A program made the translations under genes and the position numbers. The notes beneath the pieces were generated by a model, which saw nothing but the letters and a program-made list of their open reading frames with translations, ran no database searches and was not told the DNA's origin. Below are positions 1-10,141 of a stretch of DNA of 64,000 nt, in pieces. The DNA comes from Candidatus Moanibacter sp. (GTDB taxonomy: Bacteria > Verrucomicrobiota > Verrucomicrobiia > Opitutales > UBA2987), in assembly GCA_965215885.1 (NCBI GenBank), contig CBDCEW010000098.1, positions 64,001-128,000 on the forward strand, in the 5' to 3' direction. The first letter of the stretch is position 1, and every line of letters begins with the position of its first letter.

Positions 1-343
1 CACGGTACAATTCCTTTCCTTCAGACAAGGCCGCGTGGATGATCAAGTACGGGTTATCGCCGTGCCGTTCGACGTCGCTTTGCTGGACAACAACGATGTC
101 CTTCGCGACCCCCAGGCCGCTCAAATAGCCGTGCAACTCTTGAGCTACCGCCAGGCAGTCACAACCGTCGGGCATGACTACCAGCAGGTCAAGGTCGCTG
201 TGCGGCCCCATCTGACCGCGTGCGGCCGAACCGAACAGGACGATCCGCCGTGGATGAACACTCTCGACGGTGCGCTGGACCAACTCATCCAATACCTGAG
301 CCTCCAGTTTGCCGTCGATGGTTCGGTGTTGCCGGTCGCTCAC
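1..343 (-). CDS. Minimal nucleotidyltransferase (MNT) domain protein, probable HEPN-MNT antitoxin; runs off the window edge
   Basis: Not in the ORF track. Manual translation from GTG at 343 gives ...RIVLFGSAARGQMGPHSDLDLLVV...KDIVV...NPYLIIHAALSEGKELYR, with the GS/DxD Pol-beta-like motif. Confidence 0.85.
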   Translation of the reverse strand, partial: MSDRQHRTIDGKLEAQVLDELVQRTVESVHPRRIVLFGSAARGQMGPHSDLDLLVVMPDGCDCLAVAQELHGYLSGLGVAKDIVVVQQSDVERHGDNPYLIIHAALSEGKELYR

Positions 344-694
344 AGTGTCATTCTAAATCATTTGTTGGCCGTTCCAAGCCCGCTGTAAGGTGTTCTGCAT
401 TCAAGTTGACCGCGGACCATTGGCAATTTAAGAATGGCGATACTGTAAGCTCAAGACCAAAGGGTATGCTCATTCGTGATTTCCCGTCGATCTTCTCTGC
501 TTTCGAATTTAGATCACGATTATGATTCACGACGGAAAGATCGAACCGGTCCCCCTCTCCTCGTCTCCGCGTCCCCGCATCTCCGTTTCTCTCCGTTTCC
601 GTCTGTTCAATTCTCTTCCCCATTCGTTGCTAACTCATACCTTTGGTTGCAGTTACGATGCGTTAGGACTCTCTCTGTCCCCTCTTCTGTTTCC

Positions 695-1450
695 CTACCG
701 ATCTCCCGAAGCAACAGCAGGTTTAGCAGCAATCCAAAAGCGGCATTCATCGGAGAATTCTCTAACTTGCGGTGATTCGTTGGCGATCTGGGAGCGAAGG
801 AAATCGCCTTCGATTTTGAAACCCGAAGCCTTCAAATCACGCCGAATTTCCTCGGTCAATGGGACATGAATAAAGTGTTTTCCATGGATTGTATCCTCAC
901 ACCGGTCTCCAAACTCCTCTAACTCCTCCTTCTGCTTTCCATGGCGCCAGAGATGCTTTTCCTTCCGCCAGAACTTGCGATGGGCGGATATGGCGCGATC
1001 ATGAGTGGTGAAGACGAAGGAACCTCCCCTTTTCGTAATACGATAGATCTCCCCCATCGCGCGAAGGCGGTTCTCCCTTTTCGGAATGTGCATCAGCCCG
1101 TTGAAGCCAAAGATGACTCCATCAAATTTCTCCTCTGGAAATGGAAGATTCGTCGCATCCTCTACTTCAAACATGATCTCTGTTCGAAGTTGCCGTGCGA
1201 TACGTCGCGCCTCATGAATCATAGCGTTGGAAGAGTCGATTCCGGAAACGCTGCGAAAACCACATCGGTAGAGGCCGATAGCAATGCGGCCTGTCCCCGT
1301 GCCGAGGTCGAGAATGGTATCAGCGGGTCTGAAAACACGTAAGAAGACGAGCTTCTCAGACTTCCAAAGACCGATACTCGCAGTAGCCCGAGCGTATTGC
1401 CTGACCGTCCCTGCGTTACTAAAGTACTCTCTGATATGCTCGGGATTCAT
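695..1450 (-). CDS. Class I SAM-dependent methyltransferase
   Basis: ILDLGTGTGR motif I, GIDSS, EDATNLPF, FDGV. Confidence 0.85.
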   Translation of the reverse strand: MNPEHIREYFSNAGTVRQYARATASIGLWKSEKLVFLRVFRPADTILDLGTGTGRIAIGLYRCGFRSVSGIDSSNAMIHEARRIARQLRTEIMFEVEDATNLPFPEEKFDGVIFGFNGLMHIPKRENRLRAMGEIYRITKRGGSFVFTTHDRAISAHRKFWRKEKHLWRHGKQKEELEEFGDRCEDTIHGKHFIHVPLTEEIRRDLKASGFKIEGDFLRSQIANESPQVREFSDECRFWIAAKPAVASGDR

Positions 1451-1514
1451 GAGAGTGTGTGTGAATAGAGTTGCTTTTTATTAAGAGGACCCTTTATTTG
1501 AGCCACTTTTTTAA

Positions 1515-1829
1515 ATGAGAGCCACAATCAAAACCCAGGGGCGGCAATTCACTGTGAGTGAAGGCGATGTTCTTCATGTGAATCAGTATAAAAACTCCAA
1601 CGAAGGCGACGCAGTCACGATTAACGAAGTGCTGATGGTGGGCGATGGGAAAGATTCCCGGATTGGGGCGCCCTATGTCGAGGGAGCAAAAGTAGAAGCA
1701 AAGATTATTGAGAACAAGAGGGGCGATAAGGTCGTCGTCTTCAAGAAGAAAAGACGCAAAGGATACCGGCGTAAGAGCGGCCACCGGCAGGAACTTTCAG
1801 TCATAAGGATCGAATCGATAAAAGGCTGA
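1515..1829 (+). CDS. rplU: 50S ribosomal protein L21
   Basis: [10 protein letters not shown]...[16 protein letters not shown]; adjacent to L27. Confidence 0.97.
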   Translation: MRATIKTQGRQFTVSEGDVLHVNQYKNSNEGDAVTINEVLMVGDGKDSRIGAPYVEGAKVEAKIIENKRGDKVVVFKKKRRKGYRRKSGHRQELSVIRIESIKG

Positions 1830-1849
1830 TACCGAGGAGAAATCAGGAT

Positions 1850-2095
1850 ATGGCACACAAAAAAGGGCAAGGCACCTCTAAGAATGGGCGCGACAGCGCG
1901 GGCAGGCGTCTCGGCGTCAAGAAATACGACGGCGAAGTTGTGCTCGCGGGAAATATCATTATGCGACAGCGAGGGACAAAGATGCACCCTGGCAAGAATG
2001 TCGGAATGGGCCGGGACTTCACTCTTTTCGCATTGTCCGAAGGTCGTGTGAAGTGGGACGGGGCCCATCGGCGGGTTTCGGTGGATCCCAACTAG
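1850..2095 (+). CDS. rpmA: 50S ribosomal protein L27
   Basis: [16 protein letters not shown]...RLGVK; aggaga RBS upstream. Confidence 0.98.
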   Translation: MAHKKGQGTSKNGRDSAGRRLGVKKYDGEVVLAGNIIMRQRGTKMHPGKNVGMGRDFTLFALSEGRVKWDGAHRRVSVDPN

Positions 2096-2258
2096 CATCC
2101 TGTCGGACTTTATGCCTCTTTCGAAACATCTACTCGGTTTCATTCCGATAGGCTGCTAGAAAGGAATCTGTCGGTATCATCTTCGTCGGAATCTACATCT
2201 CTCACTAAAAATCCTTACCTTAGGTATGTTTCGAAAGATAAGTCCGACAGATTCCTAG
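2092..2258. mobile_element. MITE-like element, family B (ends ctaggaatctgtcg), two tandem units
   Basis: CTAG-bounded with inverted ends; first half matches the reverse complement of 52703-52760. Confidence 0.65.
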
Positions 2259-2507
2259 GTGTTTGCCGTTCTTCGAGTCCATGTTTTGCTTGATTGCTTT
2301 ATGGTCTTAAAGTTTTCTGCAGATTTATTCGCAGGTCGGGGTTCAAACTGTCATCCGAAACCTCGTGCTTAGGATGATTCCATAATAAAGTGGCTGTTTT
2401 ACGCTTCTCTGACTGACCCGAATAACACGCACTTCTATAGCTTGACCCTCTACTGCAAAGATCGAATTTAGTATTCGATGTCCGTATAATTTGAGATTCC
2501 GCATCGA

Positions 2508-2939
2508 TTGAAGATTACCCTACAGGAACTTCGGGAGCAAAAGGTGCTCCTCGAGAAGCAACTCGCCTGGCTGAACGCGAAAATTGCCGAGTTCGGAGAA
2601 GAAACTGAAACTGTTTCTCCCACCCAAGCGGTCGAGCAGCCTGTGCCTGTCCTGGCGGAGAGCGAAGTTGCCCTACCGGAAGCAGAACTCGCTCCTGAAG
2701 TCGAATCGATCACGCCCACGGAAGAACCCTCCGTTGTTCCTGGTGAAGATGCCTTTGCCCTCGGAACAGGCGCCACCGCTGCCGACACTAAAAAAGGGTG
2801 CCTCATGATCACGGTAATCGCTACGGCTTTGGTGATTCTATTCGGTGTGCTGCTCTACATGTTCTATCCCAGTTGGGACGAGGAAGAGGCGAAAAGGAAA
2901 CTGAAAGTCGACGAACAGGAAGAGAATGCCAGGAACTAG
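2508..2939 (+). CDS. Hypothetical membrane protein (N-terminal coiled coil, acidic linker, one TM helix)
   Basis: ORF abuts the next gene; hydrophobic segment LMITVIATALVILFGVLLYMF. Confidence 0.75.
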   Translation: MKITLQELREQKVLLEKQLAWLNAKIAEFGEETETVSPTQAVEQPVPVLAESEVALPEAELAPEVESITPTEEPSVVPGEDAFALGTGATAADTKKGCLMITVIATALVILFGVLLYMFYPSWDEEEAKRKLKVDEQEENARN

Positions 2940-3887
2940 ATGAATGTGCTAATAACAGGAGGCATGGGTAATCTCGGTTCTCGCCTTCTTGTTAATCTTG
3001 TTCAGCGAGGTGAAAGAGTCGTCCTATTCGACATCCAGGAGAAACCGCTCGTCCCTTCCCCCGAATTTGAACAGACTGAATTTTTCAAAGGGGATATCAC
3101 ACGGATCGAAAGCGTTCTTGAAGCGGTCAAGACTCACCAGATAGATATTATTTTTCACCTGGTATCCATACTCTCCGCTCAGTCCGAGAGAGATCCGGAA
3201 CTGGCGTGGAACGTCAATATGCAGGGAACCCGTAATGTTCTGGAAGCGGCACGTCGGGAAGGACTGAAGAAGGTGCTCTTTTCGAGTTCGCTTGCAACCT
3301 ACGGAGCAGGCAATCCGGAGCCACTGACAAACGACACTCCCATGTGGCCCGCTTCTCTATATGGCGTAACAAAAGTAGCGGGCGAATGCCTGGGCAATTA
3401 TTACCACAGCCGCTTTGGACTCGACTTTCGTGCCGTCCGTTTTCCAACTCTGGTCGCTCCAAAAGGGGCGATGGGCGCGGCCAGTGCATTCTGTTCCGCA
3501 ATTTTTGTGGAAGCGGTTAAGAATGGATGTTTTGAATTCAAGATCAGACCGGATTGCACTTTCCCGCTAATTTACATCGGCGATGCTATAAATGCATTCA
3601 TGCTCCTGTTCGACTGTCCACAGGAATCGCTGAGAAGACGCATTTACAGCGTGCATGGTCTCGGACTCTCCGCCGAAGAATTGGCCGCATCCGTAGTGAA
3701 GCGAATGCCCGAAGTGAAGATTACCTACGAGCCGGACCCGATGCTCACTTCGATAGTCGATAGCTGGCCGCGTCTGATCGACGATAGTGAAGCGAAAGAG
3801 GATTGGGGCTGGGAGGCGTCTTATGATCTCGATCAAATGGCGGACGAAATCATCGCTACATTGCAAAGGGAAGAGGCGGATGCATGA
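2940..3887 (+). CDS. Extended SDR NAD-dependent epimerase/dehydrogenase, L-threonine 3-dehydrogenase-like
   Basis: TGGMGNLG, YGVTK, and IVDSWP..IDDS.A..DWGW C-terminus typical of SDR-type TDH. Confidence 0.8.
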   Translation: MNVLITGGMGNLGSRLLVNLVQRGERVVLFDIQEKPLVPSPEFEQTEFFKGDITRIESVLEAVKTHQIDIIFHLVSILSAQSERDPELAWNVNMQGTRNVLEAARREGLKKVLFSSSLATYGAGNPEPLTNDTPMWPASLYGVTKVAGECLGNYYHSRFGLDFRAVRFPTLVAPKGAMGAASAFCSAIFVEAVKNGCFEFKIRPDCTFPLIYIGDAINAFMLLFDCPQESLRRRIYSVHGLGLSAEELAASVVKRMPEVKITYEPDPMLTSIVDSWPRLIDDSEAKEDWGWEASYDLDQMADEIIATLQREEADA

Positions 3888-5079
3888 GCTTTATCGAGAA
3901 TCCATAGAAAAAGCGGTTTGGAGTCACGAGAACCGTCGCAGCGTCTTCCACATCAAGGAGGAAGACGTTATCACGGCACGCCTCTATGCCTATGCCTATC
4001 GGTCACAGACAATCGGCGCCTTTCATGGTTGTCGCGAAGCCCTTCGCGGCACGCCCGGGTTAGCCGCACCTGATTATCACCACGGTCAAGAGGCAATAAG
4101 ACTACTCCAGGAACTCCAGGATCTGGGTACACTGGAGGTGCCTGAGGACTTTCGCGCTCTCATTTTCACGCTCTACTATTACGATCACAAGGTTAAGCAA
4201 GTAGTGGCACAACTGAAAGGATTGGCCCACGAAACCGAATCTGAAGATATAGAGCGGATAATAGCGCACTTCGAAAGGAATCTTAGTCGCATAACCGAGA
4301 GCAACGGAATATTCATGGCCCGGGATGATGTTTTGCCTGACCAGGGCAGCTTTATCGTACCAAACCTCGGTATAACAATCGTTCCTTTGATCTATGGCGA
4401 CCATCACTCCTGGAACTCATCTCATCTTCCCGGTAGATGTATAGGCGTCACCAATCACCGCCATCAGCAAGGGATCGAAATTCACCTCGGCTACTCGCCT
4501 ATGCACGGAATCACAATGCTCGACGGGTATCGCACCGAGATTCGGGAAGGCTATGCCATGCCCATTCCGGTGATGTCAGATCACGGTCTCGACAACCTTT
4601 CCGAAGATGAACACTGGGTGCCTTTTATTTTCGGTTCCAAAACTCTCAGCGGATGGGGAGTCTTTTTCGACGTGGAACCGCGCCCGGTGAATGTGGCGAA
4701 TCTCCGGGAAGTCCCCCTCGAATCAAACGAAATGCGAAACAGCGTATACATCGAGAGGGCAATCGAAGAGAAGGCAACTACCGCCGGAACCGAGCGAGAG
4801 ATTGTCATCCCGGCCTCTGCCACCGCTTCAGGGAAAGTCGGCGCCCTCGAACTGGGCGTTGCCAAAGTCGATGATTCCGGATTCACCCTGACCTGTGATT
4901 CTTACAAGATCCTATCGGTCGTTAGAGGAAAGGGATCCATAGAAATCGGAGGGAGAAGGCAGACCTTGAACGTGCACGACCACGTGGGAATACCTGCCAA
5001 CGTCGATTCAAGCATCGATCGACAAGGCGAAGAGCCGCTGGTGATCCTTGATGCCGTTATCCTGGACGATCCGACCTAG
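3880..5079 (+). CDS. Hypothetical protein, probable metal-binding bicupin with N-terminal helical domain
   Basis: ATG overlaps the upstream gene end; HRHQQGIEIH...MPIPVMSDHGLDN cupin motifs; second cupin-like half lacks most ligands. Confidence 0.65.
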   Translation: MHELYRESIEKAVWSHENRRSVFHIKEEDVITARLYAYAYRSQTIGAFHGCREALRGTPGLAAPDYHHGQEAIRLLQELQDLGTLEVPEDFRALIFTLYYYDHKVKQVVAQLKGLAHETESEDIERIIAHFERNLSRITESNGIFMARDDVLPDQGSFIVPNLGITIVPLIYGDHHSWNSSHLPGRCIGVTNHRHQQGIEIHLGYSPMHGITMLDGYRTEIREGYAMPIPVMSDHGLDNLSEDEHWVPFIFGSKTLSGWGVFFDVEPRPVNVANLREVPLESNEMRNSVYIERAIEEKATTAGTEREIVIPASATASGKVGALELGVAKVDDSGFTLTCDSYKILSVVRGKGSIEIGGRRQTLNVHDHVGIPANVDSSIDRQGEEPLVILDAVILDDPT

Positions 5080-5167
5080 GAACAAATGGTTGAGTCTTAA
5101 CTAAATCGGGGCCATCCCGCTGAGCGGGATCACAGAGCCGTCTCCGCTGCGCCGTGCCAAGGGAAGC

Positions 5168-5349
5168 CTAGCCCGAATATTTCACAAACCTTCTACTACG
5201 ACCGCGGATCTCGATGCGTCTCAAAGCCTTCCCTTGCCCGGCGACCTCAGAGGGTTCCAACACGCTGTCGACCGCCGTGCTGCGGAAAAGCTTTGATACG
5301 CAGCAATCTACGCAATCTCGCTACGAAATGTGTGAAATGTCCGGGCTAG
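5168..5349. mobile_element. MITE family A, copy 1 (TIR ctagcccg..atttcaca / tgtgaaatgtccgggctag)
   Basis: Terminal inverted repeats bounded by CTAG; similar copy at 12928-13116. Confidence 0.85.
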
Positions 5350-5415
5350 CGCACGTAGCCGCGATCAATTTGGAATATCGACGCACGAAAAAGGGGCCAC
5401 GGATGGCTCCGCAGT

Positions 5416-5547
5416 AGCACGAACATCCTTCGCACGGGTGGATCGGGCGCTACGCGCACGATGATGCTTGAGCATCAACAGGTTATATGTGCGGCTCAGG
5501 TGCGCTACGGCATCCTCGCCCCATCGCGGGATAAACCCGCTCCTACA
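5416..5547. repeat. Partial family C repeat plus one GTAG-type REP arm
   Basis: ggtggatcgggcgctacgcgcacgatga shared with the 58.0 kb and 12.8 kb copies; atcgcgggataaacccgctcctaca shared with 62300. Confidence 0.7.
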
Positions 5548-5693
5548 ACCTGACGGTGATAGATGCGGTGAATTGGACTCGCCGAAAAGAGAGGGTGGAG
5601 CAGCCAATCCTTTGTCGTAAGCTTACGATGAAGTTTTTCTGGGGGATAAAGGTTCGACTAGCTCACCGCATGCCTACTCGAAACTCATTCCAG

Positions 5694-5897
5694 CAAACCT
5701 CGTCGCAAACCTTGCCGCGAACCTTGTCGAAACACGCATTGGGAACTATGTCAGTATCGAATGTCAGTATCGAATTCAGGTTCAACGGGACGATCCGCAA
5801 GCTTGTCAGGTGCATGCAGGAATCAGATTTCATGTCTTCGTCGTCAATCCCTCCGAGCGGGATCGTAAGCTTTGTCGACAAGGTTCGGGACGAGGTT
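5694..5897. repeat. Intergenic inverted repeat with short internal tandem units
   Basis: aacctcgtcgcaaaccttg..gaaccttgtcga versus tcgacaaggttcgggacgaggtt; atgtcagtatcga twice. Confidence 0.55.
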
Positions 5898-6000
5898 ACC
5901 AGGGAAGTAGGTGTTTCCTTCGCAATTCGATCAAGAAAACACTCACCATCAACCGATTCGCAGCTGGATCGAGCAAACCTAGTCGCAGTGAGAAGACCCC

Positions 6001-7078
6001 TCAAACCGTCGTATTGGGATAGCTTCCCAACCATTTTACCATCGAACAGGTCTTCTCAAGTTCGGCGACGGCCTCAACCACCTCGGGATCATTATTATGC
6101 CCGACGATGTCAATGAAGAAGTAATAGTCCCACAGTTTCCGGCGGCTCGGCCTCGATTCGATCTTACTGAGGTTGACATTTCGTTCGTCGAAAGGCGCCA
6201 GCGCTTTATGCAGCGCTCCGGGCTCGTCCTTAAGCGAAAATACATAACTGCTTCTGTCGAAAACACTTACCGTGTCCGAGACCTTCGGAGGAGGCTCTGC
6301 CAATTACGAAAAATCGAGTGAAATTGTCAGTCTTATCCTGAATATTTTCGGCCACTACCGGGACGGAGTAACTCTCTGCCGCGATTTTGCTCGCGATAGC
6401 GGCCGTCCCGGGATGCGATTTAGCGAATTGAACCGCCCCGGCTGTGCTCTCTGTTTCGATGCGATCAGTGCCCGGCAACATACGACCGAGCCATTGGCGA
6501 CACTGTCCCAACGCGTTATCCTTGGAATGGACGGATCTGATCTCACCGATGGGAGATTCTGAAATGAGACAGAGCGAGATTTCCAAAAAGATCTGCGCGA
6601 CAATTTTCAAGTCCGTCTCCACGAACATATCGAGTGAGTCTTCCACCGACCCTTCAGTGGAATTTTCAATCGGAATTACTCCGTAGTCGGCCTCACCTCT
6701 CTCGACCGCGGAAAATACATCCGCAATCGTACGCATTGGGAGATAGCGCAGACTGGAGCCGAAGTTCTTCACCGCAGCCTGTTGGGTATAAGTTGCTTCC
6801 GGACCCAGATACGCCACCGAAATTTGCTTTTCCAGAGCAACGCCCGCGGAGATGACTTCACGATATATCGAGCGAATCGCCTCTTCATTCAAAGGACCAT
6901 CGTTGATATCCACGAGTTTCCGAAACACTTCCTCTTCACGGCTCGGGACGTAAACCTCCTGGCCGGTCTGCTCCTTAATCTTACCTATCTCGCCGGCAAG
7001 TTTCACGCGAGTATTGAGCAGCCTGATAATATCGCGGTCGACTGCGTCGATCTGATTACGTATCGATTCGAGATCCAT
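6001..7078 (-). CDS. pheA: Chorismate mutase/prephenate dehydratase (P-protein), split by a frameshift at about 6256-6265 just before the ACT domain
   Basis: CM and PDT ([23 protein letters not shown]) in 6230-7078; ACT domain ([24 protein letters not shown]) in 6001-6258 in another frame. Confidence 0.9.
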
Positions 7079-7083
7079 TTAAC

Positions 7084-7818
7084 TTAGCGTTTTTCCTCCT
7101 CAGGTAGTCCCATATCCGCGTCCGAAAGCTCTTCTTCATGGGCGGAAACACGCCTGATCCATTCACCTATCTGGTTGGGCGAAAGCACATCTGAGGCGGG
7201 CAATTCCTCAATTGAGCTCAAGCCGCACAATTCGAGAAACTTCTTCGTTGTCCCATACTGCAAGGGGCGTCCAGGCAAGTCTGCCCTTCCCGTAACACGG
7301 ATCAATTCATTCTCCAGGAGCGTGCTCAATGCGCTGTCCGAGGAAACCCCGCGTATCGATTCAATCTCCGCCCGGGTAATCGGTTGCCGGTAGCCAATGA
7401 TAGCAAGAGTCTCAGTCGAAGCGGGGCTAAGTTTCCGCGGTCTCGGTTCCGCTCTGAGTAAACGGATCCACTCTGCATAAGCAGGGTTAACGGTGATTCG
7501 GTAGCCGCTCGGACCTTGCACGAGACGGTAAACCGCGTTGTTCTCGGTTAATTCCTGCATAATTGACTCCATCGCATCTCGGATCTGCGTCGCGGTCAGC
7601 AGTGATGGAACCTGGTCGATCAGTTCTTGCATTACGCCCTGCCCATCCCGGTCACTCAGGTTATGCCCTTTCAACGGCTTGCTTTCTGACGACGGAGTGG
7701 ATTGCCCTTCTCTATCCTCATGGTAGCGAGTAATAACAGCCTGTACATCTTTTATGGAGAGCGGTTCGGCGGTAGAAAAGAGCAACGCTTCAAGAGTATT
7801 CTTTAAGTTGAAATCCAT
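7084..7818 (-). CDS. scpB: SMC-Scp complex subunit ScpB
   Basis: LEALLF, ETLAIIGYRQPITRAEIESIRGV, PGRPLQYGTT. Confidence 0.95.
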   Translation of the reverse strand: MDFNLKNTLEALLFSTAEPLSIKDVQAVITRYHEDREGQSTPSSESKPLKGHNLSDRDGQGVMQELIDQVPSLLTATQIRDAMESIMQELTENNAVYRLVQGPSGYRITVNPAYAEWIRLLRAEPRPRKLSPASTETLAIIGYRQPITRAEIESIRGVSSDSALSTLLENELIRVTGRADLPGRPLQYGTTKKFLELCGLSSIEELPASDVLSPNQIGEWIRRVSAHEEELSDADMGLPEEEKR

Positions 7819-8037
7819 ATCGATCACGAAGATTCGCTTAGGAATCCGTGCTCAAGTCAACACCGTGTTTAGCGTGAATGCAAAATCCTAAGTCCGATAT
7901 TTGCTGGAAAGAAAAAGAGGTTGTGTTTAAAGAATGAAAACATGACAGTAAAGAAGGCCTTAAGATGGAGGTTCGGGAGCCACCAGGCAAGCTTCCAGTC
8001 GCACCACAGGAACGGCAAATCTCAAAAGCAAAAAGCT

Positions 8038-9732
8038 GTGAACCGAGAAAACAATACATTGAGAAAATACTCGTCAATTCTCGTTGACGGTGATGATCGC
8101 GCTCCCAACCGCTCGATGTTGAGAGCGGTCGGCTTCAGTGATGAAGACTTCCGCAAACCAATAATCGGCATAGCGTCAACCTGGAGCATGGTCACCCCGT
8201 GCAACATGCACATCGACGAACTGGCCAGGGAGTCGGCAAAAGGGGCCGACGAAGCTGAAGGCAAGTCGATTATCTTCGGCACCATAACCGTCTCCGATGG
8301 AATTTCAATGGGCACCCAGGGAATGCGCTATTCCCTGGTTTCGCGAGAAGTCATAGCTGACTCCATAGAGACAGTAGCGGGCGCAGAGGGTTTCGACGGA
8401 TTAGTCACAATTGGGGGTTGCGATAAGAACATGCCCGGCTGCCTCATGGCGATCGGAAGGATGAATCGCCCAGCCGTTTTCGTATATGGCGGCACCATAT
8501 TACCCGGAATTCACAAAGAAAAACCTGTTGATATCATTTCGGTCTTCGAAGCTGTTGGCCGTCACGCCAATAGCGAGATTGATGATGAGGAACTGAAACA
8601 GATCGAGTGTGCCTCCATACCGGGTCCGGGATCCTGTAGTGGTATGTATACGGCAAACACAATGGCTTCAGCGATCGAGGCCTTCGGAATGAGTTTGCCA
8701 AACAGTTCCACTTATCCCGCCGTTTCCAAGGACAAGCGTATTGAGTGCGCGCTTGCAGGTGCTGCCGCCGTTAACCTCGTGAAATCGGGTATCTGCCCGA
8801 GGGACATAATGACCAAAGAGGCTTTTGAGAACGCGATCACCGCGGTGATTGCGCTGGGAGGTTCAACCAACGCAGTCCTCCATCTTCTTGCTATCGCCCA
8901 CGCTACGGAAGTGCCCCTTACGATCGACGATTTCGACCGGATTGGAAAGAACGTTCCCGTGTTGGCCGATCTGAAACCGAGTGGAAAGTATAATATGGCG
9001 CACCTTTCCCGAATCGGTGGAATGCAACCGCTCATGAAAGTGCTTCTGGATAATGGGCTCATTCACGGTGATTGCCTCACCGTTACGGGAAAGACGGTTC
9101 GTGAAAACCTCGAAGACGTACAGCCATATTCGGAAGATCAGGACGTCGTCTACCCGCTCAGCAATCCGATTAAGCCCGACAGCCATCTCCTCATACTCTA
9201 CGGCAACCTCGCACCGGAGGGTGGGGTCGCAAAAATCTCCGGCAAGGAAGGGCTCGGATTTACCGGCAAGGCGATCGTTTTCGAAGGCGAAGAGGATGCC
9301 CTGGCGGCTATCCTGGACGGAACCGTTCAGGAGGGACACGTCATTGTGATTCGGCAGGAAGGGCCAAAAGGAGGTCCCGGCATGCGCGAGATGCTCGCAC
9401 CTACCTCGGCAATCATTGGACGCGGACTGGGTGACAAGGTAGCCCTCATAACAGACGGACGATTCTCCGGAGGCAGCCACGGCTTCGTGGTCGGACACAT
9501 CACTCCGGAAGCGGCTGTGGGAGGCCCCCTCGCAGTAATCGAAGCCGACGATCCTATTACGATCGATGCCGAGAAACGCGAAATTAACCTCGATATTCCG
9601 GAGGAGGATTTGAAGGAGCGCCTCGCCAACTGGCAACCCGAACCTCCCAAAGTCAAGCGTGGCGTGCTGGCAAAATACGCCAAGCTGGTCTCCTCGGCGA
9701 GCTTCGGCGCTGTTACCGACGATGCTCTTTAG
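8038..9732 (+). CDS. ilvD: Dihydroxy-acid dehydratase
   Basis: [32 protein letters not shown]; start uncertain (GTG 8038). Confidence 0.96.
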   Translation: MNRENNTLRKYSSILVDGDDRAPNRSMLRAVGFSDEDFRKPIIGIASTWSMVTPCNMHIDELARESAKGADEAEGKSIIFGTITVSDGISMGTQGMRYSLVSREVIADSIETVAGAEGFDGLVTIGGCDKNMPGCLMAIGRMNRPAVFVYGGTILPGIHKEKPVDIISVFEAVGRHANSEIDDEELKQIECASIPGPGSCSGMYTANTMASAIEAFGMSLPNSSTYPAVSKDKRIECALAGAAAVNLVKSGICPRDIMTKEAFENAITAVIALGGSTNAVLHLLAIAHATEVPLTIDDFDRIGKNVPVLADLKPSGKYNMAHLSRIGGMQPLMKVLLDNGLIHGDCLTVTGKTVRENLEDVQPYSEDQDVVYPLSNPIKPDSHLLILYGNLAPEGGVAKISGKEGLGFTGKAIVFEGEEDALAAILDGTVQEGHVIVIRQEGPKGGPGMREMLAPTSAIIGRGLGDKVALITDGRFSGGSHGFVVGHITPEAAVGGPLAVIEADDPITIDAEKREINLDIPEEDLKERLANWQPEPPKVKRGVLAKYAKLVSSASFGAVTDDAL

Positions 9733-9740
9733 GAGTCGAT

Positions 9741-9937
9741 GGAGAAGTATCCGGTGGAAAAGAAATCGCAAATAGTTTGCCCACTGATGCAGTAGCCATC
9801 CCACGGTTCCTTACGGTGGTCGATGGATGAAGGAGGGATGCTCAACTGAGATTGTATTCGAGCTGGGGACTGGTGGTCGCCGGCAGGCACAGTGGGATGG
9901 GGCGAAGCCCACAGTGGGATAAATCTTAAGAAAAAGC
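9741..9937. repeat. About 200-bp dispersed repeat, family D copy 1
   Basis: gatgcagtagccatcccac...gatgaagga...gcacagtgg.atggggcg.agcccac.gtggg shared with 43736-43937. Confidence 0.75.
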
Positions 9938-10141
9938 TCTCCTTCGTTAATTTGATACGCTTGCTATAGAGAGCCGCCTCCCGTAAGTTTGGCGATCTGT
10001 GAGAAGAATCGCCGCTTCAACGCTATGATTTCATGTCACCAACGTAAAGCCTGAGATCATGTGTCGATATTAGGAATAATCTTTCTTCCAGACGTGTCCA
10101 GAAAAGATCCTGCGTTGTTCTGAAGGCAGAAAAGCCAGCCA

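Noticed and set aside
35..388. 117-aa plus-strand ORF
   Set aside because: It is the antisense shadow of the MNT gene.
5214..6116. ORFs in repeat-rich spacers (also 12772-13257, 26023-26372, 43635-44163)
   Set aside because: They overlap MITE/REP DNA, which is stop-poor, and show no protein motifs.
6254..6270. Spliceosomal-intron look-alike GTAAGT...CAG (17 nt) at the pheA break
   Set aside because: The genome is bacterial, and removing 17 nt does not restore the ACT frame (3n+1 is needed).
8863..9804. Long antisense ORFs (also 18864-19634, 23636-24613, 52665-53423, 54686-55525)
   Set aside because: They are shadows of well-supported genes and carry no recognisable motifs.
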